The notes beneath the pieces were generated by a model. That model had not been told where the DNA came from, ran no database searches, and saw nothing but the letters and a program-made list of their open reading frames with translations. A DNA stretch of 64,000 bases. It comes from Candidatus Latescibacterota bacterium. Its GTDB lineage: Bacteria; Latescibacterota; UBA2968; UBA8231. The stretch lies in the NCBI GenBank assembly GCA_965261395.1, contig OZ253462.1:224001-288000 (forward strand), given 5' to 3'. Each line of letters starts with the position of its first letter. Positions within the stretch are counted from its first letter, which is position 1. This document shows positions 59,824 through 64,000 of this stretch, piece after piece. Both the position numbers and the translations under genes were made by a program.

Positions 59824-60558
59824 TTAAGGACTAGTGCGGCGCATGATGCTGAGGATCTGGCCGGTCATGCCGCTGGCTGGGGGTTGAGCGGCGAGGAAAA
59901 GTGCCGAGGCGACGACCTGTTCTGGCTCCTTCCACGGGTCGCTCGCGGCGCGGAAGCTGCTAGCTGCTTGCCAAGATGGTTTTGACAGCTCCGTCTTGAC
60001 CGGGCCGGGTATGAGAACGTTGGCGATGATGCCCTCGCTCCACACTTCTTCTGCAATGGCTTGGGTCAACCCGTGCAAGGCCGCTTTAGACGCGCAATAG
60101 ACGCTGAGGTCCGCGTGGCCGACTTGGCCCATGCCGGAGCCGACGTTGATGATGTTCCCACTGCCCTGTCGCTGCATAATGGGCAATACCGCGCGGCAAC
60201 AGCGGACGACGCCCATGACGTTAATTTGCCACGCCTGCTCCCACTGTTCATCTGTCGCGTCTAAAAACAGCCCGCGCGGATTGACGCCGGCGTTGTTGAC
60301 GAGAATATCGATCCGACCGAACCGCTCTACTGTTTTCTGCACGAGGCGTTCCACCGCTGCGCGCTCCCGCAAATCGGTCGGCACAGCGAGGGCTTCACCG
60401 CCCTGCGCAGCAATCGCCGCGGCAACCTCGTCGAGTTGCGCCGTACTGCGCGCGGCAATGGCGACCTGCGCCCCTTCGGCAGCGTAGCCCATAGCAATAG
60501 CGCGACCAATGCCGCGACCTCCGCCCGTGATGAGGGCGACTTTGTCTTTGAGTTGCAT
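59824..60558 (-). CDS. SDR family oxidoreductase
   Basis: TGGGRGIG, NNAG, YCASK, PGPVKT. Confidence 0.93.
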   Translation of the reverse strand: MQLKDKVALITGGGRGIGRAIAMGYAAEGAQVAIAARSTAQLDEVAAAIAAQGGEALAVPTDLRERAAVERLVQKTVERFGRIDILVNNAGVNPRGLFLDATDEQWEQAWQINVMGVVRCCRAVLPIMQRQGSGNIINVGSGMGQVGHADLSVYCASKAALHGLTQAIAEEVWSEGIIANVLIPGPVKTELSKPSWQAASSFRAASDPWKEPEQVVASALFLAAQPPASGMTGQILSIMRRTSP

Positions 60559-60565
60559 AGTTGAG

Positions 60566-61537
60566 TTATTCGCGCAAGTACCCGGCGACCTCTTTGGCAA
60601 AATAAGTCAAGATCATGTCTGCGCCGGCCCGCTTAATCCCAGTCAACACCTCCATAACGGCCTGCTCGCGCTGGACCCACCCCCGCTCTACAGCCGCCAC
60701 AATCATCCCGTACTCGCCGGAGACATTGTACGCGGCAATCGGCACGTCAAAGGCTTGGCGAGCGGCGGCAATTACGTCGAGATAGGCCAGCGCCGGCTTG
60801 ACCATCACCACGTCGGCTCCTTCCTCAATGTCGAGCGCGATTTCTTTGAGTGCCTCGCGGCCATTGGCCGGATCCATCTGATAGGTCTTCTTGTCGCCCT
60901 TCTTGGGTGCCGACTGGAGCGCGTCGCGGAACGGGCCGTAAAAGCACGAGGCGTATTTAGCCGAATACGCCAAGATACCGACGTTTTTATAACCGGCCGC
61001 GTCGAGTGCCCGGCGGATGCCTCCGACCCGGCCGTCCATCATGTCTGAGGGTGCGACCCAATCGACGCCCGCTTCGGCGTGCGAAAGCGCCATCTTGCAC
61101 AGCACCTCTACGGTCTCGTCGTTGACGACCTCGTCATCGACGACCAAGCCGTCGTGGCCGTGGTGAGTATAGGGGTCGAGGGCCACATCGGTCTGCACGC
61201 AGAGCTCGGGCACCGAAGCTTTGAGGCTGCGGATTGCTCGTTGGATCAAGCCCTGCGGGTCGTAGGACTGGGTGGCCTGATCGTCCTTGTGGGTCGAGTA
61301 GCCAAAGAGATTGACCGCTGGGATGCCCAGCTCCCACAGCTCGCGGCATTCATCGACCAACTCGTCAACCGAGAAGCGATATTGGCCGGGCATGTCGTCG
61401 ATGGGTGCGCGCGTTTTTTCGCCTTCGGTGACAAACAGCGGGCAAATCAGATCATCGACGCGCAAGTGGGTCTCGCGCACCAAGCTGCGCACTGCTTCTG
61501 AGCGCCTGAGTCGTCGGGGCCTCTTGGTCAATTCCAC
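60566..61537 (-). CDS. hemB: Porphobilinogen synthase (Asp-rich, non-Zn type active site)
   Basis: 'RPRRLR', 'DVALDPYTHHGHDG', 'APSDMMDGR', 'YGPFRDA', 'MVKPA', 'YNVSGEY'. Confidence 0.97.
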   Translation of the reverse strand: MELTKRPRRLRRSEAVRSLVRETHLRVDDLICPLFVTEGEKTRAPIDDMPGQYRFSVDELVDECRELWELGIPAVNLFGYSTHKDDQATQSYDPQGLIQRAIRSLKASVPELCVQTDVALDPYTHHGHDGLVVDDEVVNDETVEVLCKMALSHAEAGVDWVAPSDMMDGRVGGIRRALDAAGYKNVGILAYSAKYASCFYGPFRDALQSAPKKGDKKTYQMDPANGREALKEIALDIEEGADVVMVKPALAYLDVIAAARQAFDVPIAAYNVSGEYGMIVAAVERGWVQREQAVMEVLTGIKRAGADMILTYFAKEVAGYLRE

Positions 61538-61681
61538 GGCAGTCTCCTAGTCAAATTCCTCTTCGAGCGAGCGAGGCAGATTGGGGTTATCGCACAGACT
61601 AATGTTAAAAGATCGTCTAGCGGAAGCAATTCAGACGCAGGGTTTCAAGCGGAACCTTCAAAGAGAATGGGACAACCGTGC

Positions 61682-62974
61682 TCACAGACAAAATTTCAGA
61701 AACTCGTCCTCTGTTTTCTCGCACCATGCTCGCAGGCGACGGCGATGATCGTCGAGCTCATCCTTGAACCGCGCGTTGACGGCGAGGTTGACCATTTCGC
61801 CCGGATCTGTTTGCAGATCGACGAGCTGTTCGCGGTAGCGGCCCATGGGATAGGCGCTGTATTTGTAGCGGTCGGTTAGCACGGCACGCGAAGCACCGCC
61901 ACCGCCTGGGCCCGAGCCAATGTCCATGATGGTTTCAACGACGAGGTCACTGCGCCATTCGGGAGCGTTGCCCTCGGCAAGCGGTCGCAGGCTCAGCCCT
62001 TCGAGGCCATCGGGGACGCTCGCACCGCCGACATCGCATAGCGTGGGCAGCAAGTCGAGGCCGAGGGAGACGAGATGGGTGTTGTCAACGCTACCGGCCC
62101 GCGTGATCCCTTTGTAGCTGATAATAAAAGGAATGTTGATAACCTCTTCGTAGAGGCTGGTTTTTTGATTCCAGTTGTGGGCACCGTGCCCATCGCCGTG
62201 ATCTGAGGTGAAGACGATATAGGTCTCTTCTTCGAGGTCGAGGTCGCGCAGACCATTGAGCAGCACGCCGATTTCAGCATCGACTTTTTCGCACAGGCGA
62301 TAGTAGTAAAATCGGAGCCGTCGCCAGTCGTCTTCAGTGTATTCGATGGTGGAATAGACGCGGCGGTTGGCCTGCCGCAGCATCTGCAGGATGTCGGGTG
62401 CATAGGGTGGGATGGCAAAGTTTGCGGGCAGATTCGGGCATTCTTCTACGGTGGCCGGTTCCGGCACCGGTCCTTGCGGCAGCGGCTGACTGCGCGCGAC
62501 TTGGCAGATGTCGTGGGGATTGAGGAATGACGCGAAGAGGAAGAAGGGATTGTCGCGGTCGCGCTGCATGAATTCGATGGCGCGCTGAGGCACCTCGTCG
62601 TCGCGACTGCCGCAGATGACTTCGAGGCCGCTTTCTTCGGGCGTGGTGCCGGGGACATGCCATTTTCCCGACAGGGCGCAGTCATACCCTGCGTTGGCGA
62701 GGAGGTTGCCGAGCGTTCGGCCTCTGTACTCGGGCTTGATTGGTGTGTTATTGCTGGTCGCGCCATTTTGATGGGAAAAAAGACCAGTCATAAAGCTGGC
62801 GCGCTGGGGGCCGCACAAGGGATGCGTGCAATAGGCGCGGGTGAACCGTACCCCCGTTGCGGCGAGGCTGTCCATATTGGGGGTGTACACGTCGGGGTTG
62901 CCGGCACAGGACATGGCTCCGGCGTATTGCTGGTCCGTGATGATGAAGAGAATATTGGGACGATGTTTTGGCAT
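61682..62974 (-). CDS. Sulfatase (formylglycine-dependent)
   Basis: 'RPNILFIITDQ', CxPxR 'CGPQRAS', 'GKWH', 'TSDHGD', 'DPGEMVNLA'. Confidence 0.92.
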   Translation of the reverse strand: MPKHRPNILFIITDQQYAGAMSCAGNPDVYTPNMDSLAATGVRFTRAYCTHPLCGPQRASFMTGLFSHQNGATSNNTPIKPEYRGRTLGNLLANAGYDCALSGKWHVPGTTPEESGLEVICGSRDDEVPQRAIEFMQRDRDNPFFLFASFLNPHDICQVARSQPLPQGPVPEPATVEECPNLPANFAIPPYAPDILQMLRQANRRVYSTIEYTEDDWRRLRFYYYRLCEKVDAEIGVLLNGLRDLDLEEETYIVFTSDHGDGHGAHNWNQKTSLYEEVINIPFIISYKGITRAGSVDNTHLVSLGLDLLPTLCDVGGASVPDGLEGLSLRPLAEGNAPEWRSDLVVETIMDIGSGPGGGGASRAVLTDRYKYSAYPMGRYREQLVDLQTDPGEMVNLAVNARFKDELDDHRRRLRAWCEKTEDEFLKFCL

Positions 62975-63051
62975 ACTTGATCTTCGCTCCTATCTAGTCT
63001 TCAGGCGGAAGGCGAAAATACGAATCAGCAGATGGAACGTCCAACGCCGAA

Positions 63052-63079
63052 GTAACAAACCGTCCTCGACATCGTTCTA
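63052..63079 (+). promoter_or_regulatory. Possible ECF-type autoregulatory promoter
   Basis: GTAAC-N16-CGTTCTA upstream of the ECF sigma gene. Confidence 0.4.
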
Positions 63080-63129
63080 TAAGCGTGTGCACACGAGAAT
63101 TGTTCAACACCTGACATCACGGAGATGCA

Positions 63130-63651
63130 ATGCACGTAGAACAGGCGGTTGAAAGATACGGGCCACTGGTCATGAGTCTGATATGGCGGATCAACGGAAA
63201 CCAAGAAGAGACAGCCGATCTCTACCAAGAAGTATTCGTGAAGTTCCACGAGACTACGAGCGAGCGCGGTCCGCTGCAACAGCCCAAGGCGTGGTTGTGT
63301 CGCACGGCGATCAATGCCGCCATCGATTTCAACCGTCAGCGAGCGCGATTTGTCTCTTGGAGCGAGTCGGCGGAGAAACCTCACAACTGGGAGGCGAACG
63401 ATGCACTCGAAAATGGTCTTATGGTCGAAAAGATCCGCCGTCTCACTGTGGATTTGCCCGAGCGCCGCAGAGAAGTCTTCGTCCTCCGCTACTTCCAAGG
63501 CTGTTCCTTCGAGCAGATCGCCCGGCTGCTAAATTGCTCTGCGGGAGCAGCACGTGCCGCAGCGTTCCAAGCATCAAAACAAATTCGCGCGTGGCTCACC
63601 TGCGACAGTCCATCCGCAACGACATCAAACCCCAAGGAAGCTAACCGATGA
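63130..63651 (+). CDS. ECF RNA polymerase sigma factor
   Basis: Region 2 'ADLYQEVF...KAWLCRTAINAAID' and region 4 'LPERRREVFVLRYFQGCSFEQIA'. Confidence 0.9.
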   Translation: MHVEQAVERYGPLVMSLIWRINGNQEETADLYQEVFVKFHETTSERGPLQQPKAWLCRTAINAAIDFNRQRARFVSWSESAEKPHNWEANDALENGLMVEKIRRLTVDLPERRREVFVLRYFQGCSFEQIARLLNCSAGAARAAAFQASKQIRAWLTCDSPSATTSNPKEANR

Positions 63652-64000
63652 TTACGACTGAGCAGTTTGAACACAAACTCATCGAATACCTCGACGGCGA
63701 ACTGTCCGACGCCGAGAAGCGAGAAGTAGAGGAGTACCTGCAGGCCCATCCCGAAGCCATCGAGCTCAAAGGCGATTTCTCCCTGCTGTGCGCGGCCGGA
63801 AAATCAATCCGCGAGTCCGCCTTTCCCGCAGATTTGCTCTTGGAAGCCAATCGCAAGCTCACCGCTCGTCTGGCCGATTCGCGTCCCGAGGATGCGACCT
63901 CCACCCCCGTCGCGTCGAGCAATGGATCGCCGGAGATCGCCCCCAGCCGGACCTGGCTGCCGAACCTCCGGCGGCGGTTGCGGCCGCCCGTGCTAGCCGC
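63648..64000 (+). CDS. Putative anti-sigma factor (runs off the window end)
   Basis: ATGA overlap with the sigma gene. Reads MITTEQFEHKLIEYLDGELSDAEKREVEEYLQAHP, a zf-HC2-like anti-sigma N-terminus without the Cys pair. Confidence 0.75.
   Translation, partial: MITTEQFEHKLIEYLDGELSDAEKREVEEYLQAHPEAIELKGDFSLLCAAGKSIRESAFPADLLLEANRKLTARLADSRPEDATSTPVASSNGSPEIAPSRTWLPNLRRRLRPPVLA

Overview
This is a GC-rich bacterial chromosomal window using genetic code 11. Five proteins end in an FlgD-Ig/T9SS type-A-like C-terminal domain (NxPNPFNP...K-M-[LI]-L-L-[KR]). Together with GldF/GldG-type genes, this suggests an FCB-group organism such as Latescibacterota or Gemmatimonadota (inference only). Layout: (1) 1-7003, a GldF/GldG/DUF4340/DUF5687/ABC-ATPase operon, with the DUF5687-like gene split by an in-frame TAG. 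(2) 7092-21983, a convergent tandem array of four large secreted Ig/Calx-beta-like proteins. They share a near-identical 3' module and related hairpin spacers, and three share a signal peptide. A small insertion flanked by a 38-bp duplication of a gene 3' end sits inside the array. (3) An amidohydrolase, a TonB receptor with a FecBCDE/BtuFCD-type ABC importer, an oxidoreductase/amidohydrolase/GNAT cluster and an RcnA-like exporter. (4) Core metabolism: gltBD, an Lrp-family regulator, pntAaAbB, hpf and gltA. (5) A CocE hydrolase, YtoQ, a heparinase II/III-like protein, a lower-GC UDG islet, glutaminyl cyclase, moaB, uvrA and a nucleotidyltransferase. (6) An AT-richer ~2-kb region holding a promoter-driven multi-stem ncRNA candidate followed by decayed genes (a signal-peptide stub, an apparently internally deleted PD-(D/E)XK gene, a VapC fragment). 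(7) A MetE-like enzyme, SDR, hemB, a sulfatase and an ECF sigma/anti-sigma pair. No tRNA, rRNA, CRISPR array, integrase or transposase was recognised. All family calls come from recognising motifs by eye, not from database searches.
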